From Candidatus Faecousia faecigallinarum (GTDB lineage: Bacteria > Bacillota > Clostridia > Oscillospirales > Oscillospiraceae), in contig DVHJ01000003.1 of NCBI GenBank assembly GCA_018712145.1, positions 20,637 to 84,636 on the forward strand: DNA of 64,000 nucleotides. The letters run 5' to 3'. The position numbers and the translations under genes were made by a program. Below are positions 36,821 to 46,504 of this stretch, one piece after another (position 1 is the stretch's first letter; every line of letters starts with the position of its first letter). The notes under the pieces are model-generated. The model was not told where the DNA came from and did not search any database. It saw only the letters and a list, made by a program, of their open reading frames with translations.

Positions 36821-39800
36821 ATGGTTTACCGAGTTTATGTAGAAAAAAAGAAAGGCCTGGCCAAGGAAGCGGCAGACCTGCTGCAGGAGGTCAGGGAGCT
36901 GCTGCAAATCCATAGCCTGACCGGCGTGCGGATCATCAACCGCTATGACGTGGAAAACATCACCCCGGCGCTGTTTGACTATGCGGTGAAAACCGTGTTT
37001 TCCGAACCACAGCTGGACACCGCCAGCTCCACCCTGGAAGCACAGGGAACGGTTTTTGCCGTGGAATATCTGCCCGGACAGTTTGACCAGCGGGCAGACT
37101 CTGCCGCCCAGTGCATTCAGATTATCTCCCAGGGCGACCGGCCGGTGGTGCGCACCGCAAAAGTGTATGCGCTGGAAGGGGCGCTGACGCCGGCTGAGGT
37201 GGCAGCCATCAAGCATTACGTCATCAATCCGGTGGAAGCCAGGGAAGCGGCCATGGACAAGCCGGAAACCTTGAAGACGGATTACGCGATCCCCCAAACG
37301 GTGGAAACCCTGGCCGATTTCCTCACCCTGGACAGGGCGGGGCTGGAGGGGATGATTCACCGCCTGGGTTTGGCCATGGATTTGGATGACATCACCTTCT
37401 GCCAGGCCTATTTCCGGCAGGAGGGCCGCTGCCCCACCATTACGGAAATCCGCATGATTGACACCTACTGGTCGGATCACTGCCGCCACACCACCTTCCT
37501 CACCACCATCGATCAGGTGTCCTTTGCCGATCCCCTGCTGGAAAAAACCTATCAGGACTATCTGGCCACCCGGGCGGCCCTGGGCCGCACCAAGCCGGTG
37601 AACCTGATGGACATCGGCACCTTGGCGGCCAAGTACCTGCGCAGTCAGGGCCTGCTGGATAAGCTGGACGAGAGTGAAGAAATCAACGCCTGCACCGTGC
37701 GCATGACCGTGACGGTGGACGGCAAGCCGGAGCCCTGGCTCTTGCTGTTTAAAAACGAGACCCACAACCATCCCACGGAAATTGAACCCTTTGGCGGCGC
37801 GGCCACCTGCATCGGCGGCGCAATTCGGGACCCGCTGGCCAGCCGGGCCTATGTATACGGGGCCATGCGCCTTACCGGCGCCGGCGACCCGCTGACCCCG
37901 GTTGCCCAGACCATGCCGGGAAAACTGCCCCAGCGGAAGATCGTCACCACTGCCGCAGCCGGTTACTCCTCCTACGGCAACCAGATCGGCCTGGCCACCG
38001 GCATGGTGGACGAGGTGTACCATCCCGGCTATGCCGCCAAGCGGATGGAGATCGGCGCGGTGATTGCCGCCGTACCGGAGGCCAACGTGCGCCGGGAACG
38101 TCCGGCCCCTGGGGATTTGGTGATCCTCCTGGGCGGGCGCACCGGGCGGGACGGCTGCGGCGGCGCCACCGGCTCCTCCAAGAGCCATGACCTGCACTCC
38201 CTGGAAACCTGCGGGGCGGAGGTGCAGAAGGGCAATGCTCCGGAGGAGCGGAAGCTCCAGCGGCTGTTCCGCAACGGCGAGGCCACCCGGATGATCAAGC
38301 GGTGCAATGACTTTGGCGCCGGCGGCGTATCCGTGGCCATTGGCGAGCTGGCCGACGGCCTGACCATTGATCTGAACAAGGTACCCAAGAAGTATGAGGG
38401 CCTGGACGGCACAGAGCTGGCTATTTCCGAGTCCCAGGAGCGGATGGCGGTGGTGGTTTCCGCCGGCGACGCCCCCCGGTTCCTGGTCCTGGCGGCAGAG
38501 GAAAATTTGGAGGCGACCGTGGTGGCCCAGGTAACGGCAGAACCCCGGCTGGTGATGCACTGGAACGGCAACACCATTGTGGACATTGCCCGGGATTTTC
38601 TCAATTCCAACGGTGCAGAAAAGCATATCACCGTGGAGGTGGCCAAGCCGGAGCCCTTTGCCAAGCAGGTCACCGGCGGCTTCGGGGAAAATCTGGCCCA
38701 GGTGGCAACGGATCTGAACACCTGCAGCAAACGGGGCCTGTCCGAGCGGTTTGACTCCACCATCGGCGCCGGTACCGTACTCATGCCCTTCGGCGGCAAA
38801 TATCAACAGACTCCCATTCAGGCCATGGTGCACAAGGTGAGCGTGGAAAAGGGCCATACCGACGACTGCTCCCTGATGGCCTGGGGGTATAACCCCAACC
38901 TGACGGAGAAAAGTCCCTACCACGGCGCCTACTTGGCGGTGGTGGAATCTGCGGCTAAGCTGGTCGCCACCGGTGCAGCCTATACGGACGTATACTTGAC
39001 CTTCCAGGAGTATTTCCTCCGGGTGGGCCGGGACCCCAAGCGGTGGGGGCAGCCCATGGCCGCGCTGTTGGGCGCTTTCGCCGCCCAAAAGGATCTGGGC
39101 ATTGCCGCCATCGGCGGTAAGGACTCCATGTCCGGCAGCTTTGAGCAGCTGAATGTGCCGCCTACCCTGGTGTCCTTTGCCGTTACCACGGAAACGGTGG
39201 AGAATATTGTCTCCAACGAATTTAAGGCGGCGGGACACACCGTCCGCCTCCTGACCCCCAAGTACGGAGAAAGCGGCCTGCCGGACCCGAGCAGCCAGCT
39301 TGCGCTGTTCCGGCAGGTAACCCAGCTGCTCCGCTCCGGCGCGGCGGTGTCCGCCTACACCCCCGGCATGGGCGGCCCGGCAGAAGCCGTGATGAAAATG
39401 GCCTTCGGCAATGGCTTTGGCTTTGCCTTTGCCGGACAGATCGCCCTGGAGCAGCTGTTTGGTTATGCCTATGGCAGCTTTGTGCTGGAAATGACGGGGG
39501 ATGTCCCGGTGGGCCAGGTGCTGGGCACCGTCACCAAGGACGGCAAGTTTACCTGGCGGGAGGAATCGGTTTCCCTCTCCGCTCTACAAAAGGCCTACGA
39601 GGATAAGCTGGAGCCGGTTTATCCCTGCAACATTGGCAAAGCGCCGGTGCCGGTGGAAACCCTGTCCTTCACCGGCGGGCAGCCCAGGGTGGCAGCGGTA
39701 AAGTGCGCCCGGCCCAAGGTATTGATTCCCGTCTTCCCCGGCACCAACTGTGAATACGACTCTGCCAAGGCCATGGAAAACGCCGGGGCGGAGGCGGAGA

Positions 39801-40507
39801 TTTTCGTGGTGCGCAACCTCACTGCCGGGGACATTGCCCGGAGTGTGGCGGAATTTGCCGGGAAAGTGGACCAGGCACAGATGATTTTCCTCCCCGGCGG
39901 TTTCTCCGGCGGCGATGAGCCGGACGGCTCCGGCAAGTTTATCACCGCGTTCCTCCGCAATGGTGCGGTGCGGGAGGCGGTTACCCGGCTGCTGGAACGC
40001 CGGGACGGACTGATGCTGGGCATTTGCAACGGCTTCCAGGCCCTCATTAAACTGGGCTTGGTGCCCTACGGCAAGATTCTGGACGCCGACGCCAGCTTCC
40101 CCACCCTGACCTATAACGTCATCGGCCGTCACCAATCCCGGCTGGTGCGCACCCGGGTAGCCTCTAACCTCAGCCCCTGGCTGGCCAAAACCCAAGTAGG
40201 ACAGATATATACCGTGCCTATCTCCCATGGGGAGGGCCGGTTCCTGGGGGATGAAGCCTTGGTGAAAGCCCTGGCGGCCAAGGGCCAGATTGCCACCCAG
40301 TATGTAGATCTGGAGGGCCAGGCCACAGCCGACGTGGCCTTCAATCCCAATGGCTCCATCTATGCCATTGAGGGCATCACTTCCCCCGACGGCAGAGTGT
40401 TGGGAAAAATGGGCCACAGTGAGCGCAAGGGCCACGGCCTGTACCGGAACGTCCCCGGCGAATTTGACATGCAGCTGTTTGAATCCGCCGTTGCGTATTT
40501 CCGTTGA
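36821..40507 (+). CDS. purL: FGAM synthase, large single-chain type
   Basis: YWSDHCRH, KNETHNHPT, DFGAGG, SESQERM, FPGTNCE, GGFSGGD, LGICNGFQ, HGEG, MGHSER. Confidence 0.95.
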   Translation: MVYRVYVEKKKGLAKEAADLLQEVRELLQIHSLTGVRIINRYDVENITPALFDYAVKTVFSEPQLDTASSTLEAQGTVFAVEYLPGQFDQRADSAAQCIQIISQGDRPVVRTAKVYALEGALTPAEVAAIKHYVINPVEAREAAMDKPETLKTDYAIPQTVETLADFLTLDRAGLEGMIHRLGLAMDLDDITFCQAYFRQEGRCPTITEIRMIDTYWSDHCRHTTFLTTIDQVSFADPLLEKTYQDYLATRAALGRTKPVNLMDIGTLAAKYLRSQGLLDKLDESEEINACTVRMTVTVDGKPEPWLLLFKNETHNHPTEIEPFGGAATCIGGAIRDPLASRAYVYGAMRLTGAGDPLTPVAQTMPGKLPQRKIVTTAAAGYSSYGNQIGLATGMVDEVYHPGYAAKRMEIGAVIAAVPEANVRRERPAPGDLVILLGGRTGRDGCGGATGSSKSHDLHSLETCGAEVQKGNAPEERKLQRLFRNGEATRMIKRCNDFGAGGVSVAIGELADGLTIDLNKVPKKYEGLDGTELAISESQERMAVVVSAGDAPRFLVLAAEENLEATVVAQVTAEPRLVMHWNGNTIVDIARDFLNSNGAEKHITVEVAKPEPFAKQVTGGFGENLAQVATDLNTCSKRGLSERFDSTIGAGTVLMPFGGKYQQTPIQAMVHKVSVEKGHTDDCSLMAWGYNPNLTEKSPYHGAYLAVVESAAKLVATGAAYTDVYLTFQEYFLRVGRDPKRWGQPMAALLGAFAAQKDLGIAAIGGKDSMSGSFEQLNVPPTLVSFAVTTETVENIVSNEFKAAGHTVRLLTPKYGESGLPDPSSQLALFRQVTQLLRSGAAVSAYTPGMGGPAEAVMKMAFGNGFGFAFAGQIALEQLFGYAYGSFVLEMTGDVPVGQVLGTVTKDGKFTWREESVSLSALQKAYEDKLEPVYPCNIGKAPVPVETLSFTGGQPRVAAVKCARPKVLIPVFPGTNCEYDSAKAMENAGAEAEIFVVRNLTAGDIARSVAEFAGKVDQAQMIFLPGGFSGGDEPDGSGKFITAFLRNGAVREAVTRLLERRDGLMLGICNGFQALIKLGLVPYGKILDADASFPTLTYNVIGRHQSRLVRTRVASNLSPWLAKTQVGQIYTVPISHGEGRFLGDEALVKALAAKGQIATQYVDLEGQATADVAFNPNGSIYAIEGITSPDGRVLGKMGHSERKGHGLYRNVPGEFDMQLFESAVAYFR

Positions 40508-40531
40508 GCTGACATCCCCATGGAAAAATCC

Positions 40532-40566
40532 CGGGGCCTGGTGCAAAGATTTTGCACCAGGCCCCG
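40532..40566. terminator. 16-bp hairpin between convergent purL and DUF4363 genes
   Basis: CGGGGCCTGGTGCAAA-GAT-TTTGCACCAGGCCCCG. Confidence 0.75.
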
Positions 40567-40577
40567 CAGCTTTTGCC

Positions 40578-40958
40578 TCATAGGAAATTGTAATAGGCCG
40601 GTTTTTCTCCCCGGGCCAATTCCCGGATTTGCCCGGCCAGCCGCAGGCAGACCATGGCATAGTTTTCTCCGCTGTTCAAAGCCTGCCAGCCGCCCAGCTC
40701 GGAAAAACCCAGGCTGATTTCCTCCAGGTCATGGTGGTCCGCCATGGAGGCCACCAAGCCGTACCGGCGCTGCCACAGCGCCTCTGCCTGGCCTGCCTGC
40801 CGGACGGCCTGGTCCAAATTTCCCGCTAAACTTTGCTGCCAGGCGGTTTCCAGCAACCCGGCCACCTGATCTGCCGTGTTGTCCAGGCAGTACAGCCCGG
40901 CCACGGAAATCACCAACAGCAGGGATAGTATCCCCAAGCCAATCCACAGAAATTTCAC
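40578..40958 (-). CDS. DUF4363-like small protein
   Basis: GTG start, N-terminal TM, helical 126 aa; usual partner of DUF421. Confidence 0.65.
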   Translation of the reverse strand: MKFLWIGLGILSLLLVISVAGLYCLDNTADQVAGLLETAWQQSLAGNLDQAVRQAGQAEALWQRRYGLVASMADHHDLEEISLGFSELGGWQALNSGENYAMVCLRLAGQIRELARGEKPAYYNFL

Positions 40959-41632
40959 GGTTTTCCCTCTTTCTTCACAAAATACACCTTGCCCTGCCCA
41001 TCTACGGTGAGCAAAAGCGTACGGCGCAGAGGGCAACCCTGCCGCTGCAGTTCCTTGCCCAGCCAGGCCCGGTTCCGGTCCGCCCGGGTCAAGTTATCCT
41101 CCAATATCCGGCCATCGGAAACCACCGTCACCGGCAAAGACTGGGCAGGCACGGCCACCCCTGCGGCTTTGGCCGGCGCCGGTTCCTCTTCCGGGTAGCG
41201 GAATACAGAGACCTGCCCGTTGGTTTCCAAGATGGCGTACTGCACCGTAGACATATCCAGCGCGCCCTGCTGCCGCAAATGCTCGCTGAGTTCATCCAAG
41301 GTCAGCCGGGTGCGGCGGAGATTATCCTGCTGAATTTTTCCCTCGGCAATGAGGATCACCGGTTTGCCACACAGCAGCCGCCGGAAGGATATCCACCGCA
41401 AGGAGGCCACCGCCAGCACCAGCTGCATCCCCAGCACCGTGAGAATGGGAGAAAGGCCGGAAAATAACGAGATTCCCCCATCCTGCATGGGAATCGCCGC
41501 CAAATTGGCAATGAGCATGGTCACCACAAATTCCGCCGGCTCCATTTGCCCAATTTGCCGCTTACCCATCAGCCGCACGGCGGCAATGAGCACCAAATAT
41601 AAAAACATCGTCCGCAAAAATGACAACAGCAT
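40955..41632 (-). CDS. DUF421/YetF-family membrane protein
   Basis: RLMGKRQIGQM, GKPVILI..GKI, LRQQG, YAILETNGQVSV. Confidence 0.85.
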   Translation of the reverse strand: MLLSFLRTMFLYLVLIAAVRLMGKRQIGQMEPAEFVVTMLIANLAAIPMQDGGISLFSGLSPILTVLGMQLVLAVASLRWISFRRLLCGKPVILIAEGKIQQDNLRRTRLTLDELSEHLRQQGALDMSTVQYAILETNGQVSVFRYPEEEPAPAKAAGVAVPAQSLPVTVVSDGRILEDNLTRADRNRAWLGKELQRQGCPLRRTLLLTVDGQGKVYFVKKEGKP

Positions 41633-41685
41633 CCGCTCCACCTCCCGGGTAGCTTGCCCGGGTGGCGGAGCGGATATGCGCTTAT

Positions 41686-42666
41686 TTATCGGTATTGAAT
41701 TTTCAGGGTACCGAAGGCACAGTCGCCATACAATTGAATTGCCCCCTGGCAAACCGCCTCCGGCTGCCCGGTCACCTCCACCGAAGCGCCGGTTTGATCT
41801 AAGTTGGTCACCACCCGGAACCGCTTGGGCAGCTGCAGCACCAGGCTGCTAAAGGCGGCGTCCACATGAATGCGGCAGCCGTCGGCTACCTGCTGGCAGC
41901 CGGACAGATCCAGCACTAAGCTGCCAAAGGCAACATCCACGCTGCCCCCTTCCAGCCGGGGGGTATCCACCAGCACCCGGTGGGAGCAAAAGGCCACAGC
42001 CGCGTGAATGTTCCCGTCGTTGACGGCATATTCCCGCAGGGGCTTGCCATCCTCCTTAGGCTTGCGGGTCTTTTCCTGCCGCACCCGGGGCTTGCGGCCC
42101 TCCAACAAAATGGATAAGCCGCACAGCACCAACAGCAGGCCGACGATAATGGGCCAGGTAATAAGAGACGGGATCAATCCCAGGTTGACCAGCAGGAAAT
42201 ACAGCCCCGCCGCCATGGTCCCAACGCCAAAGACAGACAACCGGGTCAGGCAGCCGGAAAAGCCCAAGAACAATATGGCCATGGGCCACAGCACGGACCA
42301 AAAGCTTACCTCCAGGTTCAGTACCGTCACCGCCACATATACCCCGCCGGTGAGGATGAGAAACAGGGCAAAGGCCAGCCCGCCCCGGTCCCAGCGCCAG
42401 GTAAAGCTCCAGTTACCCGACGGCCCCGCTTCCCGCTGCCGGTCTGCCGGCGGCTGGGCGCCCAGCAGCTCGTCGGTGGTAATGCCAAAGATCTCCGCCA
42501 GCCGGGGCAGGGTGGCCACGTCCGGGCAGCTCAGGTCATGCTCCCATTTGCTCACTGCCTGGGCGGTCACCCCCACCCGGTCGGCCAGCTGATCCTGGGT
42601 CAGGCCCAGGCGCTTGCGGTGATATAAGATGCGCTTGCCCATGGTCATGCTTGTGGTGTCTTCCAT
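41686..42666 (-). CDS. XRE-family HTH fused to LiaF-like TM region and DUF2154-like C-terminus
   Basis: GLTQDQLADRVGVTAQAVSKWE..PDVATL HTH, four TM helices, C-terminal AFGSLVLDLS beta-repeat. Confidence 0.8.
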   Translation of the reverse strand: MEDTTSMTMGKRILYHRKRLGLTQDQLADRVGVTAQAVSKWEHDLSCPDVATLPRLAEIFGITTDELLGAQPPADRQREAGPSGNWSFTWRWDRGGLAFALFLILTGGVYVAVTVLNLEVSFWSVLWPMAILFLGFSGCLTRLSVFGVGTMAAGLYFLLVNLGLIPSLITWPIIVGLLLVLCGLSILLEGRKPRVRQEKTRKPKEDGKPLREYAVNDGNIHAAVAFCSHRVLVDTPRLEGGSVDVAFGSLVLDLSGCQQVADGCRIHVDAAFSSLVLQLPKRFRVVTNLDQTGASVEVTGQPEAVCQGAIQLYGDCAFGTLKIQYR

Positions 42667-42860
42667 GTTCGGGTTCCTCCTTCTGTTTTGCCTTTACTAT
42701 GCCACAGATGGCAGGAAAAAGCAATCAACTGCCGGTTAATTCGGGGAATTTTGGCTAACCGGCCGGTTGAGCCGGGAAATTTCCCGGTTGAACCGGCGGG
42801 AAACACCCCGGTTCTTTCTTTCAATGCCCTAGCAGCAGAAAATAAAGATAAATTATTGTG

Positions 42861-42889
42861 TTGACAAATTGGCAGGATTGTGGTATGCT
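42861..42889 (+). promoter_or_regulatory. Promoter of FtsX/MacB ABC operon
   Basis: TTGACA-17-TATGCT with TGn extension. Confidence 0.7.
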
Positions 42890-43075
42890 ATTGAAAAAAT
42901 TCTGTGCAATACGCCGAAGGCTGCCTCCCCTGGGCAGCGGCGATGTATCCTTTTCTCCGGAGGTGATTCCCATGGTATAGCGTGGCTTTTCCCAGGCGGA
43001 AAACAACCACGAACTGTAGCCACTGCCCACCTTTCATTGGGCACCAGCGCACCTTGTGCGCAGAAAGGAACGGTT

Positions 43076-43165
43076 ATGAAAAAAGCAGTCTTTCGTGAGT
43101 CTGAACTTTATTGCACTGTTTATGTTTTCCAATCCATCGGCGACCCGGTTCTGTTGCTGCGGTGA
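43076..43165 (+). CDS. Putative small ORF (29 aa, MKKAVFRESELYCTVYVFQSIGDPVLLLR)
   Basis: SD GAAAGGA, 3' part of the ORF-track entry 42869..43165. Confidence 0.35.
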   Translation: MKKAVFRESELYCTVYVFQSIGDPVLLLR

Positions 43166-43221
43166 GCGGCAAGGGCGGGTTGGCAACAAATTGGCTGTGG
43201 AAATAGAGAGGGGGAATTGGA

Positions 43222-45282
43222 ATGTATAGCTTCCGGCAGCTGCTGCGCCGGCCGTGGAAAACCGAGCTGGGCATTCTCCTTTCCGGCCTGGCCTGCACGG
43301 CGGTTTGCGTCAGCCTGGGGCAGTACATCGCCGCCGTGCAAACCCGGGCCGATGTGGACAATCGCTATACCAGCGTCGGCCTGCTGACCAACCGGTACAT
43401 GGTGGAAGAAACGCTGGATGCAGAAGGCAATACGCTTATGGTGACATATGCGCCGGAGCAGCCACCGGAAGTTGAAGCTTTCCTCCAGGCGTTGATCGAT
43501 CAGCCGCCTGCCTATGTGAAGGCGGTCCAGCAGAACCGGCTGGCCTCCGGCTACCTCCCGGATACCGTTCCGCTGAACTTCATCGGGGAAATGGCGCTGA
43601 CTACTATACTGGACCGAGGGGGCGCAAACACCACGTTGGAGATAGCCCCATACACCTATGCCATGCTGGCCATCCAGGTGGAGGCGGTGGGGGAACCCCT
43701 CCCGTACTATACGTATTATGGCTATACGCCTAGCCTGCCAGGCTTTGACACCGAGGTTTACGGCAATGTCGTGGAGCTCACCGGCACCGTTTTGCAGGCC
43801 GTCTCGCTGCAGGGGGGCTATCCCGACCCCACCGGGCGGACCCTGCGGGCCACGGTGTGGTTTGCCGGGGATCCCCCTGCCCTGGAAGCCGGGCAAACCT
43901 ATCTGCTCTGCGGGACGGACTACAGCGATTCGGATATGGAGCTGCGCAGAAAGCTTGCCATTTTTCTCGATCTCGACAGCCCGGCAGACGTGGATTGGGC
44001 CAATGTCAGTCTATATGACCACCCCACACTCCCCGAAGTGGCTGCCGTTTATGAAGATAAGATCACCGGCGGGGGGATATTTCTAACCGAATCCGAGCTG
44101 GAAAAGATCAATCGCTGCAGCCTGACGGTTTGCACCAACCCGCTGCTGTATGGCGGCCAGCTGGGGGAGGAGGAGATTGCCCTCCCCACCGGGGAGACCA
44201 TGTCCGCTGCAGCCTATGTGGAAACCTTCCGGGACGGGGGCATTGTCCGGTTGGACGGCTCTGCCGAGGCGTTCCTGGCCCAAACCGACGACCCATTCTG
44301 GGAAAACTGGCTGGCTGCAGCCCAGGTGAACGACCACGGTTTCCCGGTGGTGGGGGTGGATTCCCTAAGGGCAGTATCCCAGTTTGCCACGCTGGACGCG
44401 GTGCTTACCCAGGGCCGCAGCTTCACCCAGGCTGAGCTGGACGCCGGGGCCAAGGTGTGCGTCATCTCCGAGGCCCTGGCTGCGGCAAACGGCCTGTCCC
44501 TGGGGGATCAGATGACCATCCAATATTATGAAACGGATGGCGCCCTGAACGGCAACATGGTTCCCCAAAAGCTGGCCAATCCCGCCGCCGCTTACTACAG
44601 CCCCCGGCTGGGCTTCAGCGGCGAGCCGGGCAGTTACGAAATTGTGGGCCTGTACCGCCAGCGCGACCAATGGTCTTACGGCACCCAGAGCTTTACCCCC
44701 AACACCGTTTTTGTGCCCAATTCCGTTATGCCTGCCGGCGCCAGCAGCATTTGCGGCGGTATATTTACCTCCGTCGTGCTGGAGCACGGCACATCGGCGC
44801 AATTGGAGCAGTTGGCCAGCGACCGTGGCCTCCCCCAGCTGTTTGCCTACTACGACCAGGGCTACTCCCTGATTTTTACCGACTTGGAAGCCTATTCCCA
44901 GGTGGGCCGCCTGGCCGCCGCTGCGGGCCTGGCCCTGTGGGTTGGCATTGTGCTGGCGTATCTATTCCTGTTCCCCCGCACCATGGGGCCGGATCTTCGC
45001 CGCATGGGTGAGCTGGGGGTTCCGCCCGGCGGAATCCGTCGCCACATTTTCCTCAGCAGCATTGGCATACTCCTGCCCGGCGCCATTCTCGGCGGGGTGG
45101 CGGCGGCGCTGCTGTTCAACCGGTTTACCCAATATCTCACCGCCAGAGCCGGGGTGGAACTGAGCCTGACCATATCCGCCCCAACATTCTGCCTGATTGC
45201 CGCCGCCCAAATGCTGGTTGTGCTGGCCGGGGCCTTCGCCTTCGCCCGGGCGCCTAAGCCCCACGGCAGGAGGAGGGGTTAG
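43222..45282 (+). CDS. FtsX/MacB-like ABC permease with large extracytoplasmic domain
   Basis: N-terminal RRPWKT plus TM, QGRSFTQAELDAGAKVCVISE MacB-like motif, three C-terminal TMs with MGELGVP. Confidence 0.75.
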   Translation: MYSFRQLLRRPWKTELGILLSGLACTAVCVSLGQYIAAVQTRADVDNRYTSVGLLTNRYMVEETLDAEGNTLMVTYAPEQPPEVEAFLQALIDQPPAYVKAVQQNRLASGYLPDTVPLNFIGEMALTTILDRGGANTTLEIAPYTYAMLAIQVEAVGEPLPYYTYYGYTPSLPGFDTEVYGNVVELTGTVLQAVSLQGGYPDPTGRTLRATVWFAGDPPALEAGQTYLLCGTDYSDSDMELRRKLAIFLDLDSPADVDWANVSLYDHPTLPEVAAVYEDKITGGGIFLTESELEKINRCSLTVCTNPLLYGGQLGEEEIALPTGETMSAAAYVETFRDGGIVRLDGSAEAFLAQTDDPFWENWLAAAQVNDHGFPVVGVDSLRAVSQFATLDAVLTQGRSFTQAELDAGAKVCVISEALAAANGLSLGDQMTIQYYETDGALNGNMVPQKLANPAAAYYSPRLGFSGEPGSYEIVGLYRQRDQWSYGTQSFTPNTVFVPNSVMPAGASSICGGIFTSVVLEHGTSAQLEQLASDRGLPQLFAYYDQGYSLIFTDLEAYSQVGRLAAAAGLALWVGIVLAYLFLFPRTMGPDLRRMGELGVPPGGIRRHIFLSSIGILLPGAILGGVAAALLFNRFTQYLTARAGVELSLTISAPTFCLIAAAQMLVVLAGAFAFARAPKPHGRRRG

Positions 45283-45284
45283 CC

Positions 45285-46502
45285 ATGTTCCCCTACATGA
45301 TGCAGCGGATTAAACGGCAGCCCCTGGCGGTGGCGCTGCTCTTTCTCCTGAACTTTGTGGCTGCGCTGCTCCTGTGCATCCTCCACGGAGGCAGCCAGCA
45401 GATGAGCCGCCGGATCGGCAATGTATACCAAAACGCAAAGGTCAGCTGCTATGTGAGCAATCTCACCGGCACCCAGTCGGACGGCCTGACCATCCCGGAA
45501 TGGGTGATCCACCTGTTCGTGGAAAAAGACAAGATTCCCGGCAGCAGCGGCGTAAACTACAGCAACGACGGCGACACCGCCTTTTTCCAGTCCTATCTGG
45601 AGGAGGTTCAAGTCAAAACCGTGCTCACCGGGCAGTGCCAGGGCGGCCAAGTGCAAGTGGCCGGGATTACCGGCCTGGCCGCTGAACCGGCGTTACTGCC
45701 GGAATCCGGCTGCACGGTCACCTGGCAGGCCCCCTATGACGAGACCATTTTTTCCCAGCCAACGGCATACTGCCTGCTGCCGGCGGGGATGCAGTCCGCC
45801 CTGACCGGGGAGGGCACCATCCAAGTTATTCTCTCAGCCGAAGAAGGGCAGACAATGGAGTTTCTCCCGGTGGGCACCCACACCGGCCCGGCCAATACCA
45901 TCTACTGCGCCTGGCAAACTGCCGCTGAGTTCAGCCTGGAGACTGAGGGCACCATTCGCGCCAGCGCCATCTCCGCCACCTTCCGGGACAGCAGTCAAAT
46001 TTCCACATTTTGGGCGTCGGTGGGCAGCCACTACTTTGCCGAACCCAACGCCCAGGGGCGGCCAACCCCGTGGGAAGACTCCATGCGCTATACCTACTAC
46101 CCCTTCTCCCTGGTTATCCTTGACGATATGGTGGAAGACACCATTGCCCGGTTGGAAAACAATTTGCTGGTTTACCGGCTCTGCACCGCCGCCCTGGTGG
46201 TGCTCACCCCGGCGCTGAATTTGGTGGGCGGGCAGCTGGTGGTTCGCAACCGGGTGCGCATCCTGGCGCTGCAGCGGGTCCTCGGCCAGTCCAATGGACG
46301 AATTTTTGCCGAGACCTGGTTGGAGCTGGCCGCCGCAGCCGTGGCCGGCCTGGCCGCAGGGCTGGCGGGAGGCGCATTCATGGGGGCATTCCCCTGGGTC
46401 CCGCTGTCGATTGCCCTGGCCTTCTCCCTGGTTGGCATCTCCAGCGCAATTGGGGCGATTCTCCACCGGGACCTGGTCAAAGTCATGAAGGAGGATGCAT
46501 AG
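45285..46502 (+). CDS. FtsX-like ABC permease
   Basis: N-terminal TM, extracytoplasmic domain, RILALQRVLGQS..IFAE FtsX motif, C-terminal TMs. Confidence 0.75.
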   Translation: MFPYMMQRIKRQPLAVALLFLLNFVAALLLCILHGGSQQMSRRIGNVYQNAKVSCYVSNLTGTQSDGLTIPEWVIHLFVEKDKIPGSSGVNYSNDGDTAFFQSYLEEVQVKTVLTGQCQGGQVQVAGITGLAAEPALLPESGCTVTWQAPYDETIFSQPTAYCLLPAGMQSALTGEGTIQVILSAEEGQTMEFLPVGTHTGPANTIYCAWQTAAEFSLETEGTIRASAISATFRDSSQISTFWASVGSHYFAEPNAQGRPTPWEDSMRYTYYPFSLVILDDMVEDTIARLENNLLVYRLCTAALVVLTPALNLVGGQLVVRNRVRILALQRVLGQSNGRIFAETWLELAAAAVAGLAAGLAGGAFMGAFPWVPLSIALAFSLVGISSAIGAILHRDLVKVMKEDA

Positions 46503-46504
46503 AG

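Noticed and set aside
36266-39238. 990-aa minus-strand ORF, and similar long ORFs at 43..1131, 2090..3973, 33366..35051, 15315..16697, 51388..52710
   Set aside because: Antisense shadows of real genes (purL, relA, recJ, purB/purH, fabG, murD) caused by high GC3 codon bias; no recognisable motifs.
42972-43019. Amber readthrough (pyrrolysine) of ATG GTA TAG into a longer peptide
   Set aside because: No pyl genes in the window, and the extension (RGFSQAENNHEL-stop) is not recognisable.
43076-43165. AgrD-like cyclic peptide precursor (contains CTVYVFQ)
   Set aside because: Lacks the amphipathic leader and charged C-terminal tail of AgrD; no agrB or LytTR two-component system nearby.
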